Shown here: in pieces, positions 12,016 through 22,874 of the stretch
How positions within the stretch are numbered: the first letter of the stretch is position 1
How the letters are laid out: each line of letters starts with the position of its first letter
NCBI GenBank assembly: GCA_902587125.1
Contig: CACIJW010000003.1
Coordinates: 28,378-92,377 of the forward strand
Reading direction: 5' to 3'
Source: an uncultured Bacteroidota bacterium
GTDB taxonomy: Bacteria; Bacteroidota; Bacteroidia; Flavobacteriales; BACL11
DNA length: 64,000 bases
Position numbers and translations under genes: made by a program
Notes under the pieces: generated by a model
The model's database searches: none
What the model was told of the DNA's origin: nothing
What the model saw: the letters and a program-made list of their open reading frames with translations, nothing else

Positions 12016-12417
12016 TTATTTTTTATTTCTTGAATCTATTACTAATGTCACGTGATTAGATCTTTTTCTAATTCTATGAGCCCTTCCTTGCGGTGCAGGT
12101 TGTATTCTTTTGAGCATTCTTCCACCATCAACTTTTATTTCTGAGATAAATAAATCACTTTGATCTATACTTTTACCTTCGTTTTTAGTTTCCCAGTTAG
12201 AAATAGCCGATAATAAAAGCTTTTCTAGTCTTCTTGACGCCTCTTTCGGATTAAATTTTAATTCGATCAAAGCTGATTCGACATTCATACCTCTAACTAA
12301 ATCTGCAACTAATCTCATTTTTCTTGGTGATGTAGGACAATTATTAAGCTTAGCAAATGCTAAGTTTTTATTTAGCTTTTTTAGTTCTTGTGCTCTATTT
12401 CTTTTTCTTGCTCCCAT
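12016..12417 (-). CDS. rplV: 50S ribosomal protein L22
   Basis: 133 aa. Contains [14 protein letters not shown] and [17 protein letters not shown]. Confidence 0.97.
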   Translation of the reverse strand: MGARKRNRAQELKKLNKNLAFAKLNNCPTSPRKMRLVADLVRGMNVESALIELKFNPKEASRRLEKLLLSAISNWETKNEGKSIDQSDLFISEIKVDGGRMLKRIQPAPQGRAHRIRKRSNHVTLVIDSRNKK

Positions 12418-12419
12418 TT

Positions 12420-12686
12420 CTATTTTTTATTTCCTGAATGGCCTCTAAATGTTCTTGTTGGTGAAAATTCACCAAGCTTATGTCCTACCATGTTTTCAGT
12501 TACATAAACAGGAACAAATTGTCTTCCATTGTGTACTGCTATTGTTTTGCCAACAAAGTCTGGAGTTATCATTGAAGCTCTTGACCAGGTCTTTATTACA
12601 CTACTTTTACCTGATTCATTTAATTCATCAATTTTTCTTTGTAGTTTATAGTGAACAAAAGGACCCTTTTTTAATGATCTAGCCAT
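12420..12686 (-). CDS. rpsS: 30S ribosomal protein S19
   Basis: 88 aa starting [11 protein letters not shown], with [23 protein letters not shown]. Confidence 0.98.
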   Translation of the reverse strand: MARSLKKGPFVHYKLQRKIDELNESGKSSVIKTWSRASMITPDFVGKTIAVHNGRQFVPVYVTENMVGHKLGEFSPTRTFRGHSGNKK

Positions 12687-12689
12687 ATT

Positions 12690-13514
12690 TTACTTTTTTC
12701 TTCTTTCAATTATATACATATCAGACTTCTTTTTCTTGCTTCTTGTTTTAAAACCTTTAGCTGGTATACCGTTTTTGCTTCTAGGAATACCACCTGAATG
12801 TTTACCTTCACCTCCACCCATTGGATGATCAACAGGATTTTTTACAGTAGCTCTTACCCTTGGCCTCCTTCCTTTCCATCTAGATCTTCCTGCTTTGCCG
12901 GAAACTTGGAGCTGATGTTCAGAATTCGAAACTGAACCTAAAGTAGCTAAACATGATATGAGAATTTTTCTTACTTCACCAGACACTAACTTAATAGTTG
13001 CATATTTACCTTCTCTAGCCATTAGCTGCGCATATGAACCAGCACTTCTTGCAATTTTAGCTCCAGAGCCAGGATAGAGCTCAAGATTATGGATTACTGA
13101 ACCCAGTGGTATTTTAGATAGTGGTAAAGTGTTTCCTACTTTTATAGGCGCATTCTCAGATGAAATAACTTCGTCACCTACATTTAAACCATCAGGTGAA
13201 ATTATATATCTCTTTTCTCCATCAACATATTTTAACAATGAGATGAAAGATGTTCTGTTGGGGTCATACTCAATAGAATCTACTTTAGCTGGTATATTCT
13301 TTTTATCTCTTTTAAAATCAATCATTCTATACTTTCTCTTATGTCCACCACCAATATATTGAATTGTCATTTTACCTCTAGAATTTCTACCACCACTTTT
13401 TTTGTTTGGTTTAAGTAAGCTCTTTGTTGGCTCGTTCTTGGTGAGAGTATCAAAAGAAACGACAAGTTTGTGTCTTTGACCTGGAGTAGTTGGTTTTATT
13501 TTTCTAACTGGCAT
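12690..13514 (-). CDS. rplB: 50S ribosomal protein L2
   Basis: 274 aa. Contains [18 protein letters not shown] and [12 protein letters not shown]. Confidence 0.98.
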   Translation of the reverse strand: MPVRKIKPTTPGQRHKLVVSFDTLTKNEPTKSLLKPNKKSGGRNSRGKMTIQYIGGGHKRKYRMIDFKRDKKNIPAKVDSIEYDPNRTSFISLLKYVDGEKRYIISPDGLNVGDEVISSENAPIKVGNTLPLSKIPLGSVIHNLELYPGSGAKIARSAGSYAQLMAREGKYATIKLVSGEVRKILISCLATLGSVSNSEHQLQVSGKAGRSRWKGRRPRVRATVKNPVDHPMGGGEGKHSGGIPRSKNGIPAKGFKTRSKKKKSDMYIIERRKK

Positions 13515-13523
13515 CTCTAATTT

Positions 13524-13814
13524 TTAAATATTGCTGTATATATCGATCATTTCTCCTTCATTAAGCTTAATTATCGCTTTTTTGTATTTCGAAGTTTTTC
13601 CTTTTATCATTCCAGATTTTGTACCTCTTACTCTAATTTTTCCAATGCAAATCATAGTTTTAACTGAATGTACTTTTACATCGTATAATTTTTCAATCTC
13701 ATTTTTTATTTGCACTTTGTTTGCTTTTAGATCAACAACAAAAGCATATCTATTTAACTTTTCGGTTAAATCCGTCATTTTTTCACTTACTACAGGTTTT
13801 TTTACAATGCTCAT
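13524..13814 (-). CDS. rplW: 50S ribosomal protein L23
   Basis: 96 aa. Lies between rplD and rplB, with an L23-like sequence KVQIKNEIEKLYDVKV. Confidence 0.95.
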   Translation of the reverse strand: MSIVKKPVVSEKMTDLTEKLNRYAFVVDLKANKVQIKNEIEKLYDVKVHSVKTMICIGKIRVRGTKSGMIKGKTSKYKKAIIKLNEGEMIDIYSNI

Positions 13815-13818
13815 GAAA

Positions 13819-14445
13819 CTATTTTAATGATTCTGTTAAATTTTTAATACAAGACTCCATCATAATCAGCTTGTTTGCATTCATTAATTGGTATGTGTTA
13901 ACATTTTCAATTTGTGCAACATCTGACTTTTTGAGATTTCTGCTGGAGAGATAAATATTTTTACAATTGTCATTGGATGTCAATAACGTTTTTTGATTAT
14001 CTATTCCAAGATTTTCTAAAATCTGCTTGAAAGCTCTAGTACTTGGTTTATCCATTTTGTAGTCTTCAACTATAATGATGTTAGATCTCGTGTAAAGGGA
14101 TGAGAATACCGATTTTTTAGCGAGACTCTTTACTTTTTTGTTCAACTTCAATTGATATTTTCTTGGCTTAGGACCAAAAACTCTTCCTCCTCCTCTAAAA
14201 ATTGGATTTTTTATATCACCAACTCTAGCAGCTCCACTACCCTTCTGCTTTCTCAACTTTCGTCTGCTTCCTTTAACTTCTCCTCTTTCTTTAGACTTAT
14301 GAGTGCCGAATCTCTGTGATGCCAAATATTGTTTGACGTCTAAATAAACAGCATGCTCGTTAGGAGAAATACCAAAAATTTCTTTTGGTAATTTAACCTG
14401 CTTTTTAGTTTTCTGTCCTTTTATGTTATATACGTCTAATACCAT
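13819..14445 (-). CDS. rplD: 50S ribosomal protein L4
   Basis: 208 aa. Contains RKQKGSGAARVGDIKNPIFRGGGRVFGPKPR. Confidence 0.97.
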   Translation of the reverse strand: MVLDVYNIKGQKTKKQVKLPKEIFGISPNEHAVYLDVKQYLASQRFGTHKSKERGEVKGSRRKLRKQKGSGAARVGDIKNPIFRGGGRVFGPKPRKYQLKLNKKVKSLAKKSVFSSLYTRSNIIIVEDYKMDKPSTRAFKQILENLGIDNQKTLLTSNDNCKNIYLSSRNLKKSDVAQIENVNTYQLMNANKLIMMESCIKNLTESLK

Positions 14446-15059
14446 TACTTTTCGATTAAAATAAACGAATTGTTAAAGCCAGGAACTGCACCTTTAACAA
14501 CAATTATATTTTTTTCAATATCAATATTCAAAACCTCTAAATTCTCAACTTTGACTCTCTGATTTCCCATTTGTCCTGCCATTCTCATTCCTTTAAAAAC
14601 TTTAGCTGGATATGACGCGGCTCCAATTGATCCAGGTGCTCTCATTCTATTATGCTGACCATGTGTGGCATCACCAACACCAGCAAAACCATGTCTTTTT
14701 ACTACACCCTGAAATCCTTTGCCTTTTGAGTTTCCTATCACAGTAACATAATCACCCACATTAAACAAATCCACTTTTAACTCAGATCCTAACTCTGGCT
14801 CATTATCAAAATTAAACTCAACTAATTTGTTTAAGTTTTTAGTCTTTGATTTCTTTAAATGCCCAAGTTTTGCTTTGTTGATATTCTTGATTTTCTTTTG
14901 ACCAAAACCTAACTGTACTGCTTTGTATCCATCTTTTTCAAATGTTTTGAGTTGAGTTACAATACAGGGCCCAGCTTCAATTATAGTGCAAGCAATATTC
15001 TTTCCACTTTCATCAAAAATAGACGTCATACCAATTTTTTTTGCAATTAATCCAGCCAT
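14445..15059 (-). CDS. rplC: 50S ribosomal protein L3
   Basis: 204 aa starting [15 protein letters not shown], with [13 protein letters not shown]. Confidence 0.98.
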   Translation of the reverse strand: MAGLIAKKIGMTSIFDESGKNIACTIIEAGPCIVTQLKTFEKDGYKAVQLGFGQKKIKNINKAKLGHLKKSKTKNLNKLVEFNFDNEPELGSELKVDLFNVGDYVTVIGNSKGKGFQGVVKRHGFAGVGDATHGQHNRMRAPGSIGAASYPAKVFKGMRMAGQMGNQRVKVENLEVLNIDIEKNIIVVKGAVPGFNNSFILIEK

Positions 15060-15060
15060 C

Positions 15061-15369
15061 CTATATTACTTTAATTTCAACATCAACACCACTAGGCAGC
15101 TCAAGCTTCATCAGAGCATCAATTGTTTTCGATGAAGAACTATATATATCCATTAGTCTTTTGTGATTGGATAATTGGAACTGTTCTCTTGACTCCTTAT
15201 TGACATGAGGAGATCTTAAAACAGTATAGATTCTTTTGTGAGTAGGAAGTGGAACAGGACCACTTATTACAGCACCTGAATTTTTAACTGTTTTGACAAT
15301 TTTCTCAGCGGATTGATCTACTAGATTGTGATCAAATGATTTTAATTTTATTCTTACCTTTTGTGCCAT
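15061..15369 (-). CDS. rpsJ: 30S ribosomal protein S10
   Basis: The track ORF (to 15396) overlaps the fusA 3' end. The internal ATG 15369..15367 gives [20 protein letters not shown] (102 aa), the canonical S10 N-terminus. It starts 1 nt after the fusA stop. Confidence 0.96.
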   Translation of the reverse strand: MAQKVRIKLKSFDHNLVDQSAEKIVKTVKNSGAVISGPVPLPTHKRIYTVLRSPHVNKESREQFQLSNHKRLMDIYSSSSKTIDALMKLELPSGVDVEIKVI

Positions 15370-15370
15370 A

Positions 15371-17479
15371 TTATTTTGCGTTTGAAACGTTAACATTCGC
15401 TATAACCTCCTCTGCTATGTTTTTAGGTGCATCTTCGAATTTAAAAAACTCCATTGTGGATGTCGCCCTACCAGAGGTAATAGTTCTCAAATCTGTTATA
15501 TAACCAAACATTTCAGAAAGAGGAACTTTTGCACTGACTACTTTTGAACCAGCTTTGTCGTCCATACCTTCAACTTGCCCTCTTCTTCTATTTAAGTCTC
15601 CAATGACATCTCCCATGCTTTCCTCAGGTGTAACAACACTTAATTTCATAATTGGCTCAAGAAGAGATGGAGCTGCTTGCTTTGCAGCAGCTTTGAATGC
15701 TATCTGAGCACAGAGTTCAAATGATAGTTGATCAGAATCAACATCATGATATGAACCATCATATAGTCTAACCTTCATGCTGTTAAGAGGGTAACCAGCT
15801 AAGACACCATTAACCATAGCCATTTTGAATCCTTTTTCAACAGAGGGAATAAATTCTTTGGGGATATTTCCTCCTTTTATTTCATTTACAAATTGAAGGC
15901 CTTCACCTTCAAAATCACTGTCAACAGGAGAAATCTCAAATTGTATATCTGCAAATTTTCCTCTACCACCTGATTGTTTTTTGTATATTTCTCTGTGCGT
16001 TACAGCAGAGGTAATTGCTTCCTTGTAAGCGACCTGTGGCGCGCCTTGATTGCATTCTACACTAAATTCTCTTCTTAATCTATCGATGATGATATCTAAA
16101 TGTAATTCTCCCATACCGGAAATGATAGTTTGTCCAGAATCTTCGTCAGTTTTAACAGTAAACGTGGGGTCTTCCTCTGCTAATTTACCTAAAGCAACTC
16201 CAAGCTTATCAAGATCTTTTTGAGTTTTCGGCTCAATTGCAACTCCGATAACTGGATCTGGAAAATCCATTGATTCAAGTACAATAGGTGCGTTTTCTGC
16301 GCAGAGTGTATCACCTGTTTTGATGTCCTTAAAACCAACTAGTGCTGCGATATCACCAGCTTGTAGGGAATTAATCTGATTTTGCTTGTTAGAGTGCATT
16401 TGATAAATTCTGGAAATTCTTTCTTTTGATCCTGATCTAGTATTCATTACATAAGTACCTGAATTCAAAGTACCGGAGTATGCTCTTGTGAAACATAATC
16501 TACCAACATAAGGATCAGTAGCAATTTTAAATGCAAGAGCAGCGAAGGGCTCATTTGCATCCGGTTTTCTTTTTTCTTCATCTCCAGATTTAGGGTTTGT
16601 GCCTTCAATTGCTTCAACATCCAAAGGGGAAGGTAAAATTTCCATAACCATATCTAGCATAGTTTGTACACCTTTATTTTTAAAAGCTGATCCGCACATC
16701 ATGGGAACAACTTTACCAGAAATTGTTGCTTCTCTTAGTGCATCTAATATCTCTCTTTCAGTTAAAGAGTTTTCATCCTCAAAATATTTTTCAAGTAAGT
16801 TATCATCAAATTCAGCAACCGCTTCTAATAACTTTGAGCGGTACTCTCTAGCCTCCTCTAATACTTCACTAGGTATTTCAACTTCTTTAAATGTCATTCC
16901 TTGATCTTCTTCGTTCCAAACAATACCTTTAAAGTTGATTAAGTCTACAACACCTTTAAAATCCGCTTCGTTTCCAATTGGAATTTGTAATGGTAAAGCA
17001 TGAGAACCTAACATCTCTTTAACTTGCTTACAAACGTTTAAGAAATTAGATCCTTGTCTGTCCATTTTGTTGACAAAGCCAATTCTAGGTACATTATAAT
17101 TATTTGCTAATCTCCAGTTTGTTTCGGATTGAGGCTCTACACCGTCAACTGCTGAAAATAAAAATACTAATCCATCTAAGACTCTTAAAGATCTGTTAAC
17201 TTCAACAGTAAAATCGACGTGTCCTGGAGTATCAATGATGTTGACATGGTAATCTGTACCTCTGTAGGGCCAGTTAAGAGTGGTTGCTGCTGAAGTAATT
17301 GTAATACCTCTCTCCTGTTCTTGCTCCATCCAGTCCATTGTAGCTGCACCATCATGTACTTCTCCAATTTTATGATTTACACCACCATAATACAAAATTC
17401 TTTCAGTGGTAGTTGTTTTACCTGCATCAATGTGAGCTGCAATACCAATATTTCTTGTATATTTTAAATCTCTAGCCAT
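15371..17479 (-). CDS. fusA: elongation factor G
   Basis: 702 aa. G1 motif [14 protein letters not shown] and NKMD. Followed directly by rpsJ with no tuf, the usual Bacteroidota arrangement. Confidence 0.98.
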   Translation of the reverse strand: MARDLKYTRNIGIAAHIDAGKTTTTERILYYGGVNHKIGEVHDGAATMDWMEQEQERGITITSAATTLNWPYRGTDYHVNIIDTPGHVDFTVEVNRSLRVLDGLVFLFSAVDGVEPQSETNWRLANNYNVPRIGFVNKMDRQGSNFLNVCKQVKEMLGSHALPLQIPIGNEADFKGVVDLINFKGIVWNEEDQGMTFKEVEIPSEVLEEAREYRSKLLEAVAEFDDNLLEKYFEDENSLTEREILDALREATISGKVVPMMCGSAFKNKGVQTMLDMVMEILPSPLDVEAIEGTNPKSGDEEKRKPDANEPFAALAFKIATDPYVGRLCFTRAYSGTLNSGTYVMNTRSGSKERISRIYQMHSNKQNQINSLQAGDIAALVGFKDIKTGDTLCAENAPIVLESMDFPDPVIGVAIEPKTQKDLDKLGVALGKLAEEDPTFTVKTDEDSGQTIISGMGELHLDIIIDRLRREFSVECNQGAPQVAYKEAITSAVTHREIYKKQSGGRGKFADIQFEISPVDSDFEGEGLQFVNEIKGGNIPKEFIPSVEKGFKMAMVNGVLAGYPLNSMKVRLYDGSYHDVDSDQLSFELCAQIAFKAAAKQAAPSLLEPIMKLSVVTPEESMGDVIGDLNRRRGQVEGMDDKAGSKVVSAKVPLSEMFGYITDLRTITSGRATSTMEFFKFEDAPKNIAEEVIANVNVSNAK

Positions 17480-17484
17480 ATCAA

Positions 17485-17955
17485 TTAAAATCTAAAATGT
17501 GAAAATGCTTTGTTGGCTTCAGCCATCTTATGAGTATCTTGTTTTTTCTTGAATGAAGCTCCCTCTTCTTTATAAGCTGCGACAATTTCAGACGCAAGTC
17601 TCTGGCTCATTGTTTTTTCATTTCTGTTTCTTGCAGCATTAATCATCCACTTCATTGCAAGGGATATTCTTCTGTCTTCTCTAATTGGGTGAGGGATTTG
17701 AAAAGTTGCTCCACCTATTCTTCTACTTCTGACTTCAACGTGTGGCATGACATTTTCAAGAGCTTTTTCCCAAACTTTAATACTCTCTGAGTCATCAATT
17801 TTCTGAGAGACTCCATCTAATGCTTCATAAAAGATTTTAAAAGCTACATTTTTTTTACCATCAAGCATAATATTGTTGACAAATCTTGTAGCTAGTTGAC
17901 TGTTAAACTTTGAGTCAGGAGTTAAATATCTTTTTTTTGCTCTTTTCTTTCTCAT
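17485..17955 (-). CDS. rpsG: 30S ribosomal protein S7
   Basis: 156 aa. Contains [16 protein letters not shown] and ANKAFSHFR. Confidence 0.98.
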   Translation of the reverse strand: MRKKRAKKRYLTPDSKFNSQLATRFVNNIMLDGKKNVAFKIFYEALDGVSQKIDDSESIKVWEKALENVMPHVEVRSRRIGGATFQIPHPIREDRRISLAMKWMINAARNRNEKTMSQRLASEIVAAYKEEGASFKKKQDTHKMAEANKAFSHFRF

Positions 17956-17959
17956 TTAA

Positions 17960-18334
17960 TTACTTTTTTTCTCGTTTAGCACCATACTTTGACCTCCTTT
18001 GTGTTCTTTCACTTACTCCAGATGTGTCTAGTGCACCTCTAACGATATGATATCTTACGCCAGGTAAATCTTTAACTCTTCCTCCTCTAACTAAAACAAC
18101 AGAGTATTCTTGTAAATTATGACCCTCACCTCCAATGTATGCATTTACTTCATTACCGTTTGTCAATCTTACTCTGGCAACTTTTCTTAAAGCTGAATTA
18201 GGTTTTTTTGGCGTCGTCGTGTATACTCTAGTACAAACTCCCCTTCTTTGAGGGCAAGAATTCAGTGCTAAAGACTTGCTCTTTTTCTTCAAAGAAACTC
18301 TTCCTTTTCTTACTAGTTGCTGTATAGTCGGCAT
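17960..18334 (-). CDS. rpsL: 30S ribosomal protein S12
   Basis: 124 aa starting [12 protein letters not shown], with [16 protein letters not shown]. Confidence 0.98.
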   Translation of the reverse strand: MPTIQQLVRKGRVSLKKKSKSLALNSCPQRRGVCTRVYTTTPKKPNSALRKVARVRLTNGNEVNAYIGGEGHNLQEYSVVLVRGGRVKDLPGVRYHIVRGALDTSGVSERTQRRSKYGAKREKK

Positions 18335-18357
18335 ATATTTTTGTTTTTAAAGGCCGG

Positions 18358-18365
18358 CAAATTTA
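18358..18365 (-). promoter_or_regulatory. putative Bacteroidota -7 promoter box (TAAATTTG) for rpsL
   Basis: The minus strand reads TAAATTTG, matching the TAnnTTTG consensus, 23 nt upstream of the rpsL ATG. Confidence 0.45.
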
Positions 18366-18463
18366 GCAATTTATTCATAAAAGATGAAATACTTTAGTGA
18401 TTTTTTTGCTTTGAACGTTTAAACAGTAAATTATGAAATGAAATAAAAAATTACGTAACTAAA

Positions 18464-21400
18464 TTACTTAAGTGAAATTTTCTTGTAGAATATTTGATCT
18501 TCATCTATTTCTATCTCCACAAAATAGGTTCCTTTAGCCTTGTCTCTAGACTTTATTAAAACCTTATCTTTATTCTTTGTTTCTATTATTTCTATAACTT
18601 TTCCATATATATCCATTACCCTTACAACTACATCCGACACTGATTTTCCTAAATCAATCGTAGCTTCATCTCTAAATGGGTTCGGATATATTTTTATCTC
18701 ACTTATTCCAGCTTCTCCGATGCTTGTCTCATTAAACAATACAGAATTAGATGTCTGTGTACACCCATTAGCATCTGTTACGATTACATAATAATTCCCG
18801 CCTTGAGTTACCATGAACGACGTACCCCCTTGTATCGAAACATTAGGATTAGAAGACTCTCTCCATGAATATGAATAAGGAGATGTACCTCCAGTTAAAG
18901 AGGACACACTAAGTAGATAATTATTCTCAGTAACACTAATATTCAAAATATCTGGTTGCGTTACTGTAAAGGTTCTTACATCGGAACACTGATTAGCATC
19001 TAATACATTTAATGTATAAACTCCAGCACTTAAATTATTAGCTGTACTCGAGGCTCCTCCGCTAGGTAACCATGAATATGAATATGGAGGTGTTCCTCCT
19101 GAAACTACTGTACTAATACTACCTGTACTTGATCCAAAACAATCTACTGCGACTATCCCGTTATTTGAAATTTCAACAGCTGATAGCTCCGAAATAGTAA
19201 CAGTATCTGATGATGTACATCCTGGGTATATTAGATTTAAATTATTTGAATCAGAATAATGTGCTAATAATACATAAGTCCCAGCAATTAAGTTTGATGC
19301 TGTTGTAGTATTTGAAACTGTAACTCCAGGATTATTTACATTTTCCCAAGAGTAAGAATAATTTGTATTATTTGTAATTGGGTTCAAAGCACTTACAGAA
19401 CCAGTAGCAGATGAGTTACACAATACATTTACCACAGAAGAGAAATCAATAGATGCCGTTGTTGATAACGCAAATGGAACAGTAGTCTGATTGTTACCTC
19501 CACTGATTATAGCACTAGAGCAACCATTAGCATCAATTAATGCAATTGTATGATTACCTGAACAAACATTAGTAATTAAGCTATCGCTAGGCATAATACT
19601 TGATCCAGTATGTCCAGTTACATTATTGGTGAAAATACCTACATAAGGAGCGGTACCACCTGATAATTGTAATGAAACTGTTCCATCACAAGAACCAAGA
19701 CATGTCTCAGTAGTAGAGGAATGAACACTATATAATAAATCTAATGGCTCAGTAACATGTATACTTGTATTCACCATACAATTATTTGTATCTGTAACAC
19801 TGACAGAATATATACCAGCAGAGAGTTGATTGATAGTATCATTACTACCACTAAAGCCTGAAGGGCCAAACCATTGGTAAGAATAGGGCTCATGTGCTCC
19901 TGAAGCTGACACATACACTTTCCCATCGTTTGCACCATAACAGCTTACGTGATAACCTCCATTATACTGATTTAATGCAGTAATATGTGCATTCATTGTA
20001 TTTGTAACTGTATCTATGTCTCTAGAATCTGTAACTATACAACCTCTAGAGTCTGTAACTGTAATCGTATAGACTCCTGATAATAAACCTGTTGCTATTG
20101 CTGTTGTTTGAGGAGCAACACTATTATCATCCCATTGATAAGAATAGCCAGGTGTACCGCCAGATGCAACCGCTGTAAGTGAAGCTGTATTAACCCCTAC
20201 ACAATAAGCCAAAATAGTCTGTGTATCATCTATATCTACAAATAACTCATTGGGCTGATTAATAAATACTGTATCACTTGCTACACAACCTTTAGCATCA
20301 GTCACAGTAACTGTGTGTATACCTGGAGTTAATGTGTTTACAGTATCCCCTTGCTGTCCGTTTGGCAACCATGTAAAAGTGTAAGGAGCTGTACCTCCCC
20401 AAGCATATGCACTTGCCAAACCATCGTTTGCTCCATAGCAAGAAATCCACTCTATCTCACTAGCCTCCATTGACAAAGGTTCTGGCTGACTTATGTCTAT
20501 ACTATCTACAACTTCACAACCTAAAGCATCTCTAGTAGTAACATAATAACTTCCAAATAGTAAACTATTTGCCGTATCTGGCATACTAAAGCCTGTATGG
20601 CCATTACTCCAAAAATATATGTAGGACGGAATACCTCCTGACGAAGTGACACTTGCAATACCGTCAGAATTACTATAACAACTTACATTCTGAACAACGC
20701 TAACTGTTGACTCAATTAGAGGGTTCTCATTAATTTGAATACTATCCTTTACTGTACAACCCCAAGCGTCTGTAACAGAAACAGTATTATATCCAGCTTT
20801 CAAAGATGTGGCGATTAAATCTATTTCTCCACTTTCCCACAAATACGAATAATTAGGCATACCACCGCTAACATACATCCTAGCACTACCAACACTGTCT
20901 CCATAGCAAGCAATATCTAAAACAGTTAATAAGCTGTCTATACTTAAACTGGTTGCAGGCTCTCCTACAGTTAATATATAATCTTCGAAACATTCCTGTG
21001 AATCATATATGTGTAGCCTGTAGGTGCCAGCAAAAAGATCTCTTAACGTATCCCTTCCCATCATAAGTCCTGTGTATCTTAAAGTATCTCCGCTGGAGCT
21101 CATCCAGTAATATTTATATGGTGCGAAACTTCCTCCTCCATCTGCAATGATCATACCTGTGCTATCTCCTCGACAAGAAACACCGTAAACCTGTGGAGAG
21201 GCTGTTAGTGGAAGTTGTGAGGATATTACTTGTACTGTTGTAAACGTATCGCAACCGTTTGCATCCATAATCTCTACAAAATAACTACCCGTGGAAACGT
21301 TAAATAAACTATCATCATTAGACAAACTACTTAAATTATAATCAAACCATTCATAGCTGTATGGTGGCGTTCCTCCTGCTCCAAGTGCAATAATTGGTCC

Positions 21401-22858
21401 TGTAGTTGATCCGCTACAAACAGGTACTTTAGATTGAGCTATTGCTCTTAAAGGGTAAGCAGGCGAACCAATTGAAATAGTATCTCTAATGGAGCAATTA
21501 TTATCATCAGTAACGGTTATGAAATAATTACCTGGTGAAAGATAAGAAAAAACACTATCGTAAGGAGGTGGGTTAGTATTGATTTGGTTATTAAGATAGA
21601 ATGTAAATGGTGGTGCACCATTAATGACTTGAACAGCTATTTCTCCATCACTTCCATTGTAACAACTTACATTGGTTGGAACACTAGCAATTTGTAAAGC
21701 GATAGAATCTTGATAAATAATAAAGTTTTTTGTTCCTGAACAGCCAGAGATTGGCTCTATAATTTGAGCAAAATATGAGCCAGGATATAAACCGGAAAAA
21801 GAAGCAGATGAAAACACATTCTGTTGACTTTGAATGACACTTCCATTATTATCTAGTATGTTAATGTTCCACGGAGGTTGTGATGTTAAAGTATTAGGAA
21901 TTACAGTAACTTTACCATCATCACCTGTACAGCTAGTATTCTCAGTTATTAAATTTGATTGAATACCAGAACCAACAGTGATTTTTATTGAGTCAACAAT
22001 CGTACCTGAGCACTGACTTGTCATTGTTGCATAGTATGTGGTTGTAGAAAGTGGCATAACAGTTATTGAATCTCCGTATCCGACTATATTTCCAAATCCG
22101 TCAGTCCATGTTGTTGAACCAGCAGCTACAGATACAAAAGGAATTGGACTGATGTTGTAAGAATTAACACCATTTGGAACAAATTCCCACCCTTCATTTG
22201 TCGCTGTCCAGTTTAGGGGAAAATTTCTATCTAAAATTTGAATAGGGTCATTAACTATATCAAAATTAGTACTAGTTGCATCAACTAAGCCTTGCACTGC
22301 AGCTCCTGCATTCCAAGTTGCACAAAGAGGTTTATCTTGGAGATACATTTCAATTTTATTTGAACCTTCATACATTCTTAGTTGTGAGGTGTAAATCAAG
22401 TTATTGCATGAAAACATTGCCAAACCACACCATGTGACTACATACACTCTATTTGGTGCAGCACCATAAGAACCAAAATAAATTGCACCAGCAACACCAG
22501 GATCTGTGTCTTGCCAAGTAACCATTATTGAATTCTCTGGTGGCGTTCCTGGGTTTGGGATAGCAGCATTTATCGCCCATGGAGAATAACCACCTGCACT
22601 TGTTGTATCAAATGTTACATATCCATTTGAAGAAATGAGCATTTTGTTATAAGTAACTCCGTAGAAATCAAAATCAAAACCTAGATTGATTATTTGAGTG
22701 TAGGTATCATCTGTAACCAATGAATCAACTGATGCACTGATGGCATATAAATCTAAATTCTGCATACCACAAACTGTGGTATCATTTGTTAGAATTATCT
22801 GACTGTATGAACTTTTTAATACAAAAAGCAGAATAAAGTATAATAGAATTCTTTTCAT
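18464..22858 (-). CDS. G4: giant SprB-repeat cell-surface protein with T9SS type A sorting domain
   Basis: 1464 aa. Signal peptide MKRILLYFILLFVLKSSYSQ, then a ~280-aa non-repeat head. About 13 modules follow of the form C-x-G-x-x-[DN]-G ... GG-x-x-P-Y-x-Y-x-W ... G-x-Y-x-V-x-V-x-D-x-x-G-C (SprB-repeat-like). The C-terminus is IKIYPNPFRDEATIDL...KGTYFVEIEIDEDQIFYKKISLK. Confidence 0.85.
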   Translation of the reverse strand: MKRILLYFILLFVLKSSYSQIILTNDTTVCGMQNLDLYAISASVDSLVTDDTYTQIINLGFDFDFYGVTYNKMLISSNGYVTFDTTSAGGYSPWAINAAIPNPGTPPENSIMVTWQDTDPGVAGAIYFGSYGAAPNRVYVVTWCGLAMFSCNNLIYTSQLRMYEGSNKIEMYLQDKPLCATWNAGAAVQGLVDATSTNFDIVNDPIQILDRNFPLNWTATNEGWEFVPNGVNSYNISPIPFVSVAAGSTTWTDGFGNIVGYGDSITVMPLSTTTYYATMTSQCSGTIVDSIKITVGSGIQSNLITENTSCTGDDGKVTVIPNTLTSQPPWNINILDNNGSVIQSQQNVFSSASFSGLYPGSYFAQIIEPISGCSGTKNFIIYQDSIALQIASVPTNVSCYNGSDGEIAVQVINGAPPFTFYLNNQINTNPPPYDSVFSYLSPGNYFITVTDDNNCSIRDTISIGSPAYPLRAIAQSKVPVCSGSTTGPIIALGAGGTPPYSYEWFDYNLSSLSNDDSLFNVSTGSYFVEIMDANGCDTFTTVQVISSQLPLTASPQVYGVSCRGDSTGMIIADGGGSFAPYKYYWMSSSGDTLRYTGLMMGRDTLRDLFAGTYRLHIYDSQECFEDYILTVGEPATSLSIDSLLTVLDIACYGDSVGSARMYVSGGMPNYSYLWESGEIDLIATSLKAGYNTVSVTDAWGCTVKDSIQINENPLIESTVSVVQNVSCYSNSDGIASVTSSGGIPSYIYFWSNGHTGFSMPDTANSLLFGSYYVTTRDALGCEVVDSIDISQPEPLSMEASEIEWISCYGANDGLASAYAWGGTAPYTFTWLPNGQQGDTVNTLTPGIHTVTVTDAKGCVASDTVFINQPNELFVDIDDTQTILAYCVGVNTASLTAVASGGTPGYSYQWDDNSVAPQTTAIATGLLSGVYTITVTDSRGCIVTDSRDIDTVTNTMNAHITALNQYNGGYHVSCYGANDGKVYVSASGAHEPYSYQWFGPSGFSGSNDTINQLSAGIYSVSVTDTNNCMVNTSIHVTEPLDLLYSVHSSTTETCLGSCDGTVSLQLSGGTAPYVGIFTNNVTGHTGSSIMPSDSLITNVCSGNHTIALIDANGCSSAIISGGNNQTTVPFALSTTASIDFSSVVNVLCNSSATGSVSALNPITNNTNYSYSWENVNNPGVTVSNTTTASNLIAGTYVLLAHYSDSNNLNLIYPGCTSSDTVTISELSAVEISNNGIVAVDCFGSSTGSISTVVSGGTPPYSYSWLPSGGASSTANNLSAGVYTLNVLDANQCSDVRTFTVTQPDILNISVTENNYLLSVSSLTGGTSPYSYSWRESSNPNVSIQGGTSFMVTQGGNYYVIVTDANGCTQTSNSVLFNETSIGEAGISEIKIYPNPFRDEATIDLGKSVSDVVVRVMDIYGKVIEIIETKNKDKVLIKSRDKAKGTYFVEIEIDEDQIFYKKISLK
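18467..18697 (-). other. T9SS type A (Por_Secre_tail-like) C-terminal sorting domain of G4
   Basis: The last 77 aa carry the YPNP motif, G-x-Y-x-V and a terminal K-K-I-S-L-K strand. Confidence 0.75.
18479..21293. repeat. direct repeat copy A (2,815 bp), 3' part of G4
   Basis: Aligns without gaps to 30363..33177 at a constant offset of 11,884 bp. I found three mismatches, at 21095, 21126 and 21200. Confidence 0.95.
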
Positions 22859-22874
22859 TAAAAATGCAATAGAA

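Noticed and set aside
13531-13827. 98-aa plus-strand ORF
   Set aside because: It lies fully antisense to rplW in the middle of the ribosomal operon and is an AT-rich shadow frame. The same applies to 1514..1759, 7796..8023, 8252..8509, 8842..9090, 11103..11336 and 12449..12682.
15370-15396. N-terminal extensions offered by the ORF track for rpsJ, atpD (42002..42112), the ABC ATPase (46171..46224) and the lpdA-adjacent hypothetical gene (55129..55140)
   Set aside because: The extensions overlap upstream genes or promoter boxes and encode low-complexity residues. Internal ATGs give canonical N-termini.
18540-18791. 83-aa plus-strand ORF, duplicated identically at 30424..30675
   Set aside because: It is antisense to the adhesin CTD region. 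Its exact duplication simply mirrors the 2.8-kb repeat. Its low-complexity hydrophobic sequence is typical of shadow ORFs.
18479-21293. The 2.8-kb repeat as an insertion sequence or other mobile element
   Set aside because: There is no transposase, integrase, terminal inverted repeats or target-site duplication. Both copies are in-frame segments of adhesin genes, so gene conversion or segmental duplication fits better.
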